From the IMG/VR virus record IMGVR_UViG_3300046314_000658: DNA of 64,000 nt; one strand, 5' to 3'. Position 1 is the first letter of the stretch; each line of letters opens with the position of its first letter. The stretch comes from a virus. The translations under genes were made by a program, and so were the position numbers. Under the pieces are notes generated by a model. It did no database searches, was not told the DNA's origin, and saw only the letters and a list, made by a program, of their open reading frames with translations. Of the stretch, positions 27,841 to 37,622 are shown one piece after another.

Positions 27841-28418
27841 TTTCCTGCTTTCAACATGCGCTTCACATTATAAAGGTATGTGGCGGCACCGTTTGGAGTC
27901 AGTTTCAACTGCTCAATAAACATTGCTTGAAGCTCGCGCGAGGTTGCAGTTGGGTTAGCTTTCACGATATCAATAGCACGAGCTTGCTTTGACACTGGAC
28001 GTGTATACTCTTCTTTGTGCTTCGCAACCATCGCTTTAACTTCATCACGACTCCCCATTTTCCACTCAATGCGTTTACCCACTGGTACGCGAGATGAGAA
28101 CACGTCGAAATAACTTTCAGTACCCTTTTGAGCAGTACGAATTGCTTGTTGCAATGCAATGTCGTCAGTTTTTGCGTACTGAGTTACAGCATCCCGCACG
28201 AAGTTGATAAAATACATTTTTGCTTGTAGCTCGAATCCTGTGCGAGTAAGGTCACCAGTGATTTCAAACAACGCGCGTTCGTAACCAGCTTGGTCTGTTT
28301 CAAAATCTTCAGCAGCAGTTACAGCACGTGTCACGTTATTGACGTCAATACCTTTATCACGCATTTTCTGAATTACGTTGAACAAATTAGCGTTGGTTTG
28401 AGTTGCTGCTGTAGTCAT
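27837..28418 (-). CDS. Hypothetical protein with C-terminal HTH-like domain
   Basis: SKQARAIDIV...SRELQAMF..QLKLTPNGAATYLY. Confidence 0.65.
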   Translation of the reverse strand: MTTAATQTNANLFNVIQKMRDKGIDVNNVTRAVTAAEDFETDQAGYERALFEITGDLTRTGFELQAKMYFINFVRDAVTQYAKTDDIALQQAIRTAQKGTESYFDVFSSRVPVGKRIEWKMGSRDEVKAMVAKHKEEYTRPVSKQARAIDIVKANPTATSRELQAMFIEQLKLTPNGAATYLYNVKRMLKAGK

Positions 28419-28504
28419 ATTTTCCTTAATTATCTCAGTTGCGATAGGGTCTATTATCCTCTGTTTTTACAGATTGACAACAGTTTTTAGATTTATTTTC
28501 AAAT

Positions 28505-29323
28505 TTACTTAAACGCAACGCGTTGCACTACAGTTTGCTTCGTACCATTGTAACTGGTGTGGTCTTTCACAGTGAAAGCAGCAGTAGCAAACTCTTCGAA
28601 TGGAGTTTCGTGACGACTTGTCCACCAGGTTAGTTGATTACCAGTAGAATCTTCCAGTGTAACCAACACGCGTGGGGTATTGGGATACGCAAAAGTGTTC
28701 CAACCCACCTGCAAGCTACGCAGCACGCGCACTTTAGCAGCTTTCACACGCTCACCCACAGTACCGATATGTTTGCTATTAGCAGCAGCTTCAACTTGAC
28801 GGCGTTGCACAACGAGTGCATTTTCAGTCGACTCGACTTGGCGAGCAGTGAGTGAACCCCACTGATTTAATTGCTGCTGCATAGACGACAGAAAACTATT
28901 CACACCAGCGTAGTCAGTTAGTGCTGCGACCAGTGCAGCGTGCTCATTCTTCCAAGCGGCGGCAAATTCTGCACGCTCCGCTTGACGAGCTTGGCGTTCA
29001 GCTTCCCACGCAGCTTGGCGAGTTGCACGACGTTCTGTTGCTTTTACAGCACGACGATCGCGAGCGTGTTGTAGACGAACTTTACGAAAGTCTTCAACCT
29101 GTTGACCAGTTTTCTCAACACAGTCGCATCCGACCACAAATGTCTTGTCGTTCTTGTCTTTAATTACATACTCATACAAAATACCCGTACCGCAGTAGTT
29201 GCAAGAACCACCAGGCTTGCGACCAAAACCTGGCATCTCAAACCAGTTTTCGCGGCAACCAACACACCGAAAGGGAGCATAACCGAGACCAGCTTTTTCA
29301 AATGGGTGTGTGAATGTAGTCAT
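28505..29323 (-). CDS. Hypothetical protein (Zn-binding N-terminus, OB-fold-like C-terminus)
   Basis: CNYCG...VGCDCV; HIGTVGERV...VKDHTSYNGTKQTVVQR. Confidence 0.7.
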   Translation of the reverse strand: MTTFTHPFEKAGLGYAPFRCVGCRENWFEMPGFGRKPGGSCNYCGTGILYEYVIKDKNDKTFVVGCDCVEKTGQQVEDFRKVRLQHARDRRAVKATERRATRQAAWEAERQARQAERAEFAAAWKNEHAALVAALTDYAGVNSFLSSMQQQLNQWGSLTARQVESTENALVVQRRQVEAAANSKHIGTVGERVKAAKVRVLRSLQVGWNTFAYPNTPRVLVTLEDSTGNQLTWWTSRHETPFEEFATAAFTVKDHTSYNGTKQTVVQRVAFK

Positions 29324-29348
29324 TTCGGTTCCTTTGGTTGTTGAGATA

Positions 29349-29377
29349 ATTATCTACCCTAATTAAATAAATGTCAA
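29349..29377 (-). promoter_or_regulatory. Sigma70-type early promoter
   Basis: TTGACA-17 nt-GATAAT. Confidence 0.75.
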
Positions 29378-29381
29378 CAGG

Positions 29382-29954
29382 TTAACGCTTACCAGTGAAG
29401 ATGCTCACGTAATATTGCGCATTTGCAACTGTAATGTTCCATTCTTCTGCAATTCTCTTCGCAATTTGGTAGGGAGTGTGGGTACCATATGCATTCAATC
29501 GATCGAAAGTCGCGCGAGCATTAGCACGCTTGGTTGCAGCAGATGTAGTGTTTACAGGCTTCTCATCGATTGGAGTAGGAGCAGATGCAACAGAATCAGT
29601 CCAGTAGAACGTGATCCGCGATTTCCCACCAACTTTCCAAGAATCATGCAGGACTCCATTGATGATAGCAAATGCGTGACCACGCTTCAGACCATACACC
29701 TTTCCAGTGGGATTGGCAGCAATTAATTGGTTCAGCGTCATCCCGGCACCGTCTTTACGAGAATTGCGACCAATTAGATCATAGATTATGTGATTCTTAG
29801 TCCCGCGACCGTCGCGTCGACCAAGCTTCTTGAAAATGCAATGAGCTTCGTTATATGGGATGTCTTTGAACAGTGCATATGCACGCACTGCACAGTCGTT
29901 ATGCTCTGCAAAACCTGAACTACGCATTCCACCATCAGTCTTAACGAATTGCAT
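29382..29954 (-). CDS. Hypothetical protein (DCAVRA family, possibly papain-like fold)
   Basis: NDCAVRA...GHAFAIING..HDSW; TTGACT-16-TATAAT promoter at about 29989-30016. Confidence 0.6.
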   Translation of the reverse strand: MQFVKTDGGMRSSGFAEHNDCAVRAYALFKDIPYNEAHCIFKKLGRRDGRGTKNHIIYDLIGRNSRKDGAGMTLNQLIAANPTGKVYGLKRGHAFAIINGVLHDSWKVGGKSRITFYWTDSVASAPTPIDEKPVNTTSAATKRANARATFDRLNAYGTHTPYQIAKRIAEEWNITVANAQYYVSIFTGKR

Positions 29955-30054
29955 ATTAACTCCGTCTGTACAATTAAACAATGTGTGTATTATACAATCG
30001 TTTATAGAAAAGTCAACGGACAAATAAAAACCCGGACTATGCCGGGTGATTGTG

Positions 30055-30339
30055 TTAGGTGATTAGCCTGATGTAAGCTACTGTATCAATGCTGACCAGT
30101 AGCGCGTAGTTACCGACCATCCCAAAGCTACGTCGCGTCCATGCTGCCCAACCAAACACAACACACTGAGATATGAACAGTGGATACAGGATGATGAACG
30201 GTGGATTAGGAATCGTTAGTGCCATTGTGACAGCGCACCCAATACTAGTGGCCCAAGCCAACACTTCCATGATAAACCGAGTGGGTCGATCCTGAAAGTC
30301 TTGCCTCGCCCAAGCAAATATGCCAAGGACTATGTCCAT
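30055..30339 (-). CDS. Three-TM membrane protein
   Basis: Three hydrophobic segments. Confidence 0.65.
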   Translation of the reverse strand: MDIVLGIFAWARQDFQDRPTRFIMEVLAWATSIGCAVTMALTIPNPPFIILYPLFISQCVVFGWAAWTRRSFGMVGNYALLVSIDTVAYIRLIT

Positions 30340-30344
30340 CTGTA

Positions 30345-31577
30345 TTATAGTCCAGCCAGACGTTCTAATGTCGCACGGTCAGTCAGGTCAGTCAATGCTA
30401 ACAAACGCTTGATGCCAGTAGCCTTATCACGGAAGTGGTCAATCTGGTGGATACCCATTTGGTTCCAGATCGCAGTAAGTTGTGCGTTCGAGAGTGAAGC
30501 AAGGTGAGCAGTCAATACCGAGACAGATAGTTTACCAATTGTAGGCACCATGTCAACTAAGTCGTTAGTAATCGAGACTGGTGTAGGTGCAATTGGAACA
30601 GGTTGAGTTATTGATTGAGATCCTGGACCAGTGACAACTGGATAAGGCCACACAGCACTGGGGATCACGGGAGTACGAGCGGCAGCAGCGTCGACAGCAG
30701 TGTATGGTTGTGTATGCATAGACGGTGTCAGCACCGATTTGACCGAGTCGTTGACTTCGATAGTGCGGTAGGCACTTGCAGCCACAATAGACGGACCTTG
30801 TGACAGTATCGGACCAGTCTTTGCTTCTAACGTGATCTCGCTCAACACTTCATACTTACAGGTGCGACCCTTTGTGTCGTTGTAGTCAGTGGGGATTGAT
30901 ACGACATCCGCTGGGTTAATTTTCAACACAACCACGCGGTCGGTACTGCTATCTTTTGACCTGAATTGGTCCAAATACGCATATGAACAAAAGTGTAAGC
31001 CAGTGGAGCATGTTTCTGTGTCTTTGTCGTTGACCAGTACACGAGGCATTTCCAGGATCTTGCCAACACTATTATCCATTGTACCAGAATGGATATCCTT
31101 CCAGTCGCCACGGACCTTTTTATAGGCAAGAAAGTAACCATCGTCAGTCAAAGGCATATTACCAACCTCGAGGAAGCGGTACAGACGCTCTGCAATCGAG
31201 CTGCGAGGATTCTGGTACAGATTTTCCAAAAATGCGAGGAACTTCAACAAAGGCTTTGGTGCACCAGTGCGGTGAAGTTCAAGAGCTTTTGTAGCGACGT
31301 ATCCACTCAGCGGATACCCACGATACTTCAACGTACCTGAGGCTACATCAAACGTGACGTCATGCTTACCACGAGAGGTGACCTCAGGTTCAGTGCGCTG
31401 GGCACCCAAACTTTTAACAAGATCGATGAGATTCATAAATTCATCTGGATTATCGTCGCCGTTTTCCAACTTGGAGATAATTTTCTTGAAATTGATGTGG
31501 TCAGAGGCAACAGTGATACCACGACCTTTGATAAACAGTGTTACCGAATCTGACTTGGCAATGTACGGAATAGACAT
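30345..31577 (-). CDS. rIIB: rIIB-like protein
   Basis: FLENLYQNP, LTDDGYFLAYKKV, CSTGLH, INPADVVSIP.DY..KGR.C.YEV. Confidence 0.92.
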   Translation of the reverse strand: MSIPYIAKSDSVTLFIKGRGITVASDHINFKKIISKLENGDDNPDEFMNLIDLVKSLGAQRTEPEVTSRGKHDVTFDVASGTLKYRGYPLSGYVATKALELHRTGAPKPLLKFLAFLENLYQNPRSSIAERLYRFLEVGNMPLTDDGYFLAYKKVRGDWKDIHSGTMDNSVGKILEMPRVLVNDKDTETCSTGLHFCSYAYLDQFRSKDSSTDRVVVLKINPADVVSIPTDYNDTKGRTCKYEVLSEITLEAKTGPILSQGPSIVAASAYRTIEVNDSVKSVLTPSMHTQPYTAVDAAAARTPVIPSAVWPYPVVTGPGSQSITQPVPIAPTPVSITNDLVDMVPTIGKLSVSVLTAHLASLSNAQLTAIWNQMGIHQIDHFRDKATGIKRLLALTDLTDRATLERLAGL

Positions 31578-31598
31578 GAGGGTTCCTTTTAAAAGATT

Positions 31599-34046
31599 TT
31601 AGACTGAAGTTAGTTTAATGTAATTTTGAATTTGTTCACAAGCTGCCACATAATCTCGTGTACCATATGAGCTGTGGCGAAGTGCTGTATTAACATATGG
31701 CAATAGTGGAAATTCCAATACCAGCTGTTTATTAAGGTCTGCAACTTCACGATACGCTGTTGCTGCTACAACACTCGCTTCATTGACCTGCTTTGCAATA
31801 TCGTGAAGTTGAGCATCAAGAGGAGCGTGAGAAGAGCGGTCAATTGCATTGAGGGTGTTCACCATCAATTTAATCGCGCTATGGTTAGCGGTCGCGTTAG
31901 ACTGTGCGGTCGCGTTACAGACGAATGAGCTTACCAAGCGCTTTAACTCATTAACTGTCTTACTCTTCACAGTATCAATTGTTGAGACGGCACATAGTGC
32001 AACATTTTGGTTTCCGTAGTTTGAATGCCACTGCAAATGGTACGCTCCAGCAGTGGCAACCCTTACGGCATTTGCATATACCCACGAGCGGATGAGGGTT
32101 TCAAGATTCTGAGCTTGTTGAATAAAGGTTTTCACTTTTTTTACCCCCATTGCGGATGACTTGATCCCAACTAACAGGATTTTATCCGGACCAACTACTT
32201 TGGTTAGGTAGTTCCACAGTTCGGCAAAGTCGTCGGTAATCTCGTTAAACACAACATCTTTAGCACTATTAGTGTATGTAAACTGAGGCACGCCACGAAT
32301 TTGTGGAACAAATACTACGTGTTTATACTTGAGACTTTTAATGTACACATCTAGCTGAGCTTCGTCTACTGTGGTCCACTCATTAAGTGCATACCTGTCT
32401 GGGCACTTTGTACTAGTGATACTAGGATTAAAAACTTTGAATGTATCATCAGCACGTGTGATCGTTGAAGGATTGGTACCCTTCTTCGGAGCGGCAGCTA
32501 AGGTAGAGGCATATACAACAGAAACAAAGCTACCTGGAACATTGAATGCTTCCAACAATTCTGTAACAGCGGTGTTGAATCGAACTGTATCAGCAATCTT
32601 AACTCCACGTGGGGCTGAGATTGAAAACACCTCACCTTTGTGTGTCGCAGATGCGTTGTTGAGATAGTGAAACTTCAACTTTGACGTTCCGCCTTTCGCT
32701 TCATCAAGCACAACAAAAGTAATCCTTTCACCTGGAATAGAAAACGACAGATTTGTGTTAATACTCTCGGTAACACTTACAGTTACTGTACCATCTGCAG
32801 CCACGACACGTCTGGGAGTTGAGATGCGCAGTGGGACTGGCTCCATTTTACGACGCAGATTCGATTGTAGTGACAAATCATGCTTCGCAAGTGCTGATTC
32901 TAGTTTGACAGCATCGGTTGGTACGTATGTACCATCGATCGAGATTTCCTTTCCCTTCCACATCAACTTACCACCAGTCGTGTAGGTAATAATACTGCGC
33001 AGACGATCACCACGCAGAACACGGCAAAATTTAACCACATCCCACATAGTAGGCAACTCGCTAAACTGGTCCTGAATGTGTTTGCCGATACCTTCACCAA
33101 TCTTGACCAACTTATCCAGAATAACAGCGACTGTTTGTTCTGTATACTGCAACTCTTCACGAGACGCGCTGAAATCCAATGACCCGATTGGGAAGGTAAT
33201 GATGATTGGCAGTTCCAACAATTTGGTTATCAGGTTAACCTCTTGTAAGCCTGAGAAGCCTGAGAAACGCTCGCGGAACGCATTAGAAGCAAGTACTGTA
33301 GATTTTGCGAGTGGGTACGGTACGTTACCTTGGATAGCAAGCGCAGTCGACAGAGGACCCCCTGACTTTGCAACAAACCAGTCAGTTCCACCAAACTCAC
33401 GCTCAACATGACGTAGTGTGGTACGACCTTGCAAGCCACCCAATATTTTAGGTGGAGTTGAACCCCAAGTTGTGAAGAATGATTGCACTTTGGAGGTGAA
33501 CTTTTCAAAGTCGACCTGTTTTACAGCGAAGTTCACCTCCAGACCAGACGGCTCATCAGAGTCTGAGACATCAAGCAGAGCAATCGATGGGATGCCATCT
33601 GCAGTTTTAAAGGCAGAATACACCAACTTCAGACCAGTGTGCCAGCTCGTAATCGTGTAGTTGCTTGTATATGAGAATGGTGACTTTGAACCAAGCCCCA
33701 ATGCACCAACTACATCATTCGATTTAGTTTTCGTACTCTCGAAGAATTTAGTATAGATGCTGTCAATTTGTTCGGCAGACATGCCAGTACCATAATCGCG
33801 AATCGCAAAAAACGGTTCGAGTTGGTTGGGTAGATGAATGTCGAATGGTTTGTCTGGGTTACCATTAGTGACATGAGAATCTGACGCATTGCACGCCAGT
33901 TCACGCACCACAGCGAGAATGGGGTCCTTGTACAACATTGATGATAAAATATCAAATGTCTTACCTGTCAACGCAATCGAGTATTGCTTGGATTGCAATC
34001 CACTACTCATAGTGGTAGCCGTACCTGAGGATGAGAGAGGAATCAT
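31599..34046 (-). CDS. rIIA: rIIA-like protein (GHKL ATPase N-terminus)
   Basis: LYKDPILAVVREL.CNA.DSH, IRDYGTGMS, GALGLGSKSPFSY; directly upstream of rIIB. Confidence 0.92.
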   Translation of the reverse strand: MIPLSSSGTATTMSSGLQSKQYSIALTGKTFDILSSMLYKDPILAVVRELACNASDSHVTNGNPDKPFDIHLPNQLEPFFAIRDYGTGMSAEQIDSIYTKFFESTKTKSNDVVGALGLGSKSPFSYTSNYTITSWHTGLKLVYSAFKTADGIPSIALLDVSDSDEPSGLEVNFAVKQVDFEKFTSKVQSFFTTWGSTPPKILGGLQGRTTLRHVEREFGGTDWFVAKSGGPLSTALAIQGNVPYPLAKSTVLASNAFRERFSGFSGLQEVNLITKLLELPIIITFPIGSLDFSASREELQYTEQTVAVILDKLVKIGEGIGKHIQDQFSELPTMWDVVKFCRVLRGDRLRSIITYTTGGKLMWKGKEISIDGTYVPTDAVKLESALAKHDLSLQSNLRRKMEPVPLRISTPRRVVAADGTVTVSVTESINTNLSFSIPGERITFVVLDEAKGGTSKLKFHYLNNASATHKGEVFSISAPRGVKIADTVRFNTAVTELLEAFNVPGSFVSVVYASTLAAAPKKGTNPSTITRADDTFKVFNPSITSTKCPDRYALNEWTTVDEAQLDVYIKSLKYKHVVFVPQIRGVPQFTYTNSAKDVVFNEITDDFAELWNYLTKVVGPDKILLVGIKSSAMGVKKVKTFIQQAQNLETLIRSWVYANAVRVATAGAYHLQWHSNYGNQNVALCAVSTIDTVKSKTVNELKRLVSSFVCNATAQSNATANHSAIKLMVNTLNAIDRSSHAPLDAQLHDIAKQVNEASVVAATAYREVADLNKQLVLEFPLLPYVNTALRHSSYGTRDYVAACEQIQNYIKLTSV

Positions 34047-34052
34047 TTTGTA

Positions 34053-34562
34053 TTACAAGTTTAAAAGATTGAGAAGAGTCTGTCGCGTTGTTGCAGCCGA
34101 TGTATGGAGAATTCCTACTCCACCAGCCTCAATCCAATTGTGAATATTGGGTTGTCGGTCATCGATTAGGATTTCAATTACTCCAGCCTCGATATATTTT
34201 TGTTTATCTCGAGACAAGCACACAACCACATCAACAATCTCAGGAACATACCGACTAACCCACGCAATCTTATCACAAGTTGCAGTAGGCATACTATCCT
34301 TACGAGGACGGCCTGTGATAACACGCTGTTTGAAGCCAAGTGCATGCAGCATGTGAACTAGACTTACTACATCATCGTACGGGCAGAGATCAGCGAAAAG
34401 GTTTGAATGCCTTTCCAACGTTGGCCACAGCAACTTCTGTGCATCAAGCACGTGTGGTAATTGTCCCGTAAGTTCGAGCACACGCTCGTCAAATTGAGCA
34501 AGGACGCCGTCACAGTCCCAATTCACCCTAACTAACTCTTTTGTATATGGTGGTGTATTCAT
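34053..34562 (-). CDS. 5'(3')-deoxyribonucleotidase (HAD)
   Basis: DCDGVLAQF, ILIDDR.PNI..W.EAGG.GILH. Confidence 0.85.
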   Translation of the reverse strand: MNTPPYTKELVRVNWDCDGVLAQFDERVLELTGQLPHVLDAQKLLWPTLERHSNLFADLCPYDDVVSLVHMLHALGFKQRVITGRPRKDSMPTATCDKIAWVSRYVPEIVDVVVCLSRDKQKYIEAGVIEILIDDRQPNIHNWIEAGGVGILHTSAATTRQTLLNLLNL

Positions 34563-34846
34563 TATAGTAATCCGTATGTTCTTGCTCGTGTAGCACTAAT
34601 GTAGTCACGGGTGGTATTGATAAAATCATCTTCGGTCTCAAATCTGGCGACATCGTGGAGGTCGGGTGGACCCAATAACTCCATTACTGCTTCTAACAAG
34701 ACAGCTTCGTAACCTCGTCCCATAGAAATGCCAGCTGCATCATACCGTTGCCACAAAATAGTTAATAAAGTACGTGCACGAACACCAGGAGATACTGGAA
34801 GCGCATCCATTCGCTGTTGTGGAGATAGTAGAGACATTTGCTTCAT
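34562..34846 (-). CDS. Hypothetical protein
   Basis: ORF downstream of TTGACC-17-TAAGAT; start uncertain. Confidence 0.55.
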   Translation of the reverse strand: MKQMSLLSPQQRMDALPVSPGVRARTLLTILWQRYDAAGISMGRGYEAVLLEAVMELLGPPDLHDVARFETEDDFINTTRDYISATRARTYGLL

Positions 34847-34945
34847 GATCACCATCTTACTGAAATGGAAAAAAGGGGTCAACACTACTGCTGACCCCCC
34901 AATACTAGCTTTGGACTAGTGATCTATTTTAAGAAAATAACCTTA

Positions 34946-35173
34946 CTACAACCACAATGGAGTAGCAGATTGGGTAAGTGTACCTTCTACTAACTGCTTA
35001 ATCGTAGCACTACCATCAGTGTGTTCGATCAAACGAGCTTTGCGGCCAGTTGATGCAAATCGGCGGACTATCCAGTTGATCGGAGCATCAGTGTGTGCAA
35101 CACAATCGAGACGATATGTTGTATAAATTGTCTCTAACTCACGAATTTCAGATTCACGTAGCTCAACTAACAT
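34946..35173 (-). CDS. Hypothetical protein
   Basis: GGAG SD; starts MLVELRES immediately after the queD stop. Confidence 0.55.
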   Translation of the reverse strand: MLVELRESEIRELETIYTTYRLDCVAHTDAPINWIVRRFASTGRKARLIEHTDGSATIKQLVEGTLTQSATPLWL

Positions 35174-35174
35174 A

Positions 35175-35699
35175 TCAGTCTCCCAGCAAATCTTCATTCC
35201 ATTCGCGGTGACCAATTCTGTATGCCATATTACTTTCAGTTTCTCTGACAGAAACTTTATAGCACCAAATTCGAGCAGCTTCTCCACTGCCCCAGTAGTC
35301 TGGAATGAACACTCCGTTGATATATTTGTACAACATATCAGCAATTCCTTCACACCCAAGACGTGGAAGCTCAATTACCTTTGCAATCCCTCGCTTATTT
35401 GCTTCTCGATACCAATCAATTTCAGGATCACTAGAACTAACCAATAGAGTATGATCGAAGTTATTTTGGAGAAACTCCTTCAGGGGGCGCAAAGAGCCGT
35501 AGTCGACGCTCCAGTTCCTACAATCGAGATCATTTGTTCCGAAGTAAAACTTCATCGAGAAGGCATATCCGTGAATCTTATTGCAACCTGGAATGTTACC
35601 TGGTTTATCATCAGCGAGATACTGACGATATGCTACTGGAAACGCGTCAACATATTCTTTGGTTGAGGTGAAGCGATACGTAATTGGTGGATAATCCAT
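35175..35699 (-). CDS. queD: 6-carboxytetrahydropterin synthase (QueD/PTPS-like)
   Basis: CNKIHGY, WSVDYGSL, FDHTLLV, VRETESN. Confidence 0.85.
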   Translation of the reverse strand: MDYPPITYRFTSTKEYVDAFPVAYRQYLADDKPGNIPGCNKIHGYAFSMKFYFGTNDLDCRNWSVDYGSLRPLKEFLQNNFDHTLLVSSSDPEIDWYREANKRGIAKVIELPRLGCEGIADMLYKYINGVFIPDYWGSGEAARIWCYKVSVRETESNMAYRIGHREWNEDLLGD

Positions 35700-35704
35700 A
35701 ATTT

Positions 35705-35782
35705 TCCTAAGTTCAGCAGCGGAATATTTTACGAGGGAACGATGCTGGTACAGTCCTCAATGTTTTACAATAGTGTATTTAG
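35705..35782 (-). promoter_or_regulatory. Late promoter and candidate pseudoknot leader of queD
   Basis: CTAAATA; GAGG/CCTC stem, CAGCA/TGCTG pseudoknot, A-rich linker, next to the AGGA SD. Confidence 0.45.
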
Positions 35783-35858
35783 ATAGTGGTATCAACAGGT
35801 CGAGTTGATTGGTACTATTGGTACTGATCTACGTTGCCATTTAATTTTTAGTATGCGA

Positions 35859-37553
35859 TCAACAATCTGGCAACCATTCATATACACTTGTACCACAGTC
35901 CCAGAATCTATCAAACTTATTCTCTAACATATTCTCGTATAGTGTTTTTTGCTCGTCGAACTTTGGAACAACATCTGCTATATTTGCTTTTGTAAATTTA
36001 TTAGGAGAACACAAAAATGGTGTCTTAGATGCTGTGCTAAAATAGTAACCAACTGGTGGAGTAGTGCGAACTAGTTCAAACCCACTTTCCCTCGCATACT
36101 GTTCAGGTAGTCGTCTATCAGTCTGGTGAATAACTTTCACAATGCTATGTTGCTTACAGAAAGATGATATTAACTGTCGCAATAAGCCTGGAACATAAGT
36201 GTCTGTTGCATATGAAAAATTATCAATTCTGACTATATTATTATCAATACCACTCAACGCGAGTGCAGCGATTAACTGCCGATTAACTCGAACTCCATAG
36301 AAATATTTAGATTGATTAGAAATTCCAGTTATAGCGTTCTCTGTAAAAAACCAATCAGCATCTCTTCTGGATATTGGATATGCAGCACAGTCATTTACGT
36401 CATACTTGATTGGAGATAACTCCAATGCACGCTTAATTAAACTCTCAGTTGCAGAACGGTGGTAATACCAATCTGGTTCTAATATTTGGAGCAGTGTGTA
36501 CCCACTTTTCTCACACAATTGGGTTTTTAGTAGATGTTTATTTCTACCAACGTGAGATTCCCGATGCCAATATAACCCGTTGTATTCAATTGCTATGTGT
36601 TTAGTTGGTATTACTATGTCCAATTCATATGGATGTATAAGTGATCGATTGGATACTTCACACGGAACAAGCGAGTTTACAAAATTGGCAATTTCAATTT
36701 CAGCAGATGAGCGGAATTGATCCTTGCGAATTGAGATCCTGTGCTGATTCAAATACTTTAAAACTGTTGTATCCGATACCTCTCCGTGTAACAAGTATGT
36801 AGCGATGTGAGTGGAAGATAATGTTTGATTTGTATACGCATTTGTCATCCACTCAACATTTTCCAATTTCGCCATAACTTCAAGTGATATGTGTCTCTGA
36901 GACAGCGTTCTACCACCATTTTCTAATCTAGTGTTAGCTTCAATTGCATCCTGTATGTCAACACTTTGAAATGGAAAATCATGACCGTAACGAGATTGTC
37001 TTGTTGCAAGCTGTTTTGCTTTAACATCGGGTAATAATGCAGTAGATGTTACACCGTACTTTTCAAAAGTATTGTCTCGTACTTTCTGTTGAATTTTATC
37101 ACTTTGAAATGGAGTTGCAGACCCGTATCGTTCTATACAGGTTGCGTGTTGCTTTGCACGAATAGTAGGAGATAGCCCAGCAGATTTTACCCCATACTTT
37201 TTAATCATAGTCGCTTCTTTACGCGACTGCGTTTCAGGAGAGGCTTGTGCACACTTACGACCACAAAATGGTTTATACCCCTGCATTCTGCTAGTGAATT
37301 TAACTGAAAGTTGATTGCAATGCTTACATTTTACAAGTTCGGTGACACCGTGTTCTAATGCATGTATGCGTTGGTCATTGCGTGCATGCGGGCCGAGGAA
37401 TGCTGTTCTATCAATGTACGCGACCCACCAATCTGGCAACACTGGATGGTGTCGAGTCCAATGCTCTACAAGTTTTCCATTTATACGCCCGTCTGGTTTA
37501 AGAATTCCAGAAAGTTTTAAGTGATCCATAAGCTGCTGGTCAGTGAATATCAT
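35859..37553 (-). CDS. Putative homing endonuclease (KYGV repeats, PD-(D/E)XK domain, degenerate GNAT-like C-terminus)
   Basis: CKHC..FCGRKC; KYGV/RYG repeats; ELDIVIP..IAIEYNGLYWH; RFWDCG. Confidence 0.75.
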   Translation of the reverse strand: MIFTDQQLMDHLKLSGILKPDGRINGKLVEHWTRHHPVLPDWWVAYIDRTAFLGPHARNDQRIHALEHGVTELVKCKHCNQLSVKFTSRMQGYKPFCGRKCAQASPETQSRKEATMIKKYGVKSAGLSPTIRAKQHATCIERYGSATPFQSDKIQQKVRDNTFEKYGVTSTALLPDVKAKQLATRQSRYGHDFPFQSVDIQDAIEANTRLENGGRTLSQRHISLEVMAKLENVEWMTNAYTNQTLSSTHIATYLLHGEVSDTTVLKYLNQHRISIRKDQFRSSAEIEIANFVNSLVPCEVSNRSLIHPYELDIVIPTKHIAIEYNGLYWHRESHVGRNKHLLKTQLCEKSGYTLLQILEPDWYYHRSATESLIKRALELSPIKYDVNDCAAYPISRRDADWFFTENAITGISNQSKYFYGVRVNRQLIAALALSGIDNNIVRIDNFSYATDTYVPGLLRQLISSFCKQHSIVKVIHQTDRRLPEQYARESGFELVRTTPPVGYYFSTASKTPFLCSPNKFTKANIADVVPKFDEQKTLYENMLENKFDRFWDCGTSVYEWLPDC

Positions 37554-37622
37554 GGTTGAGTTACATTACTTTGTAATATTTACATGTATTTATCGACCAG
37601 CCCTAAATTTTTAGGATACTAG

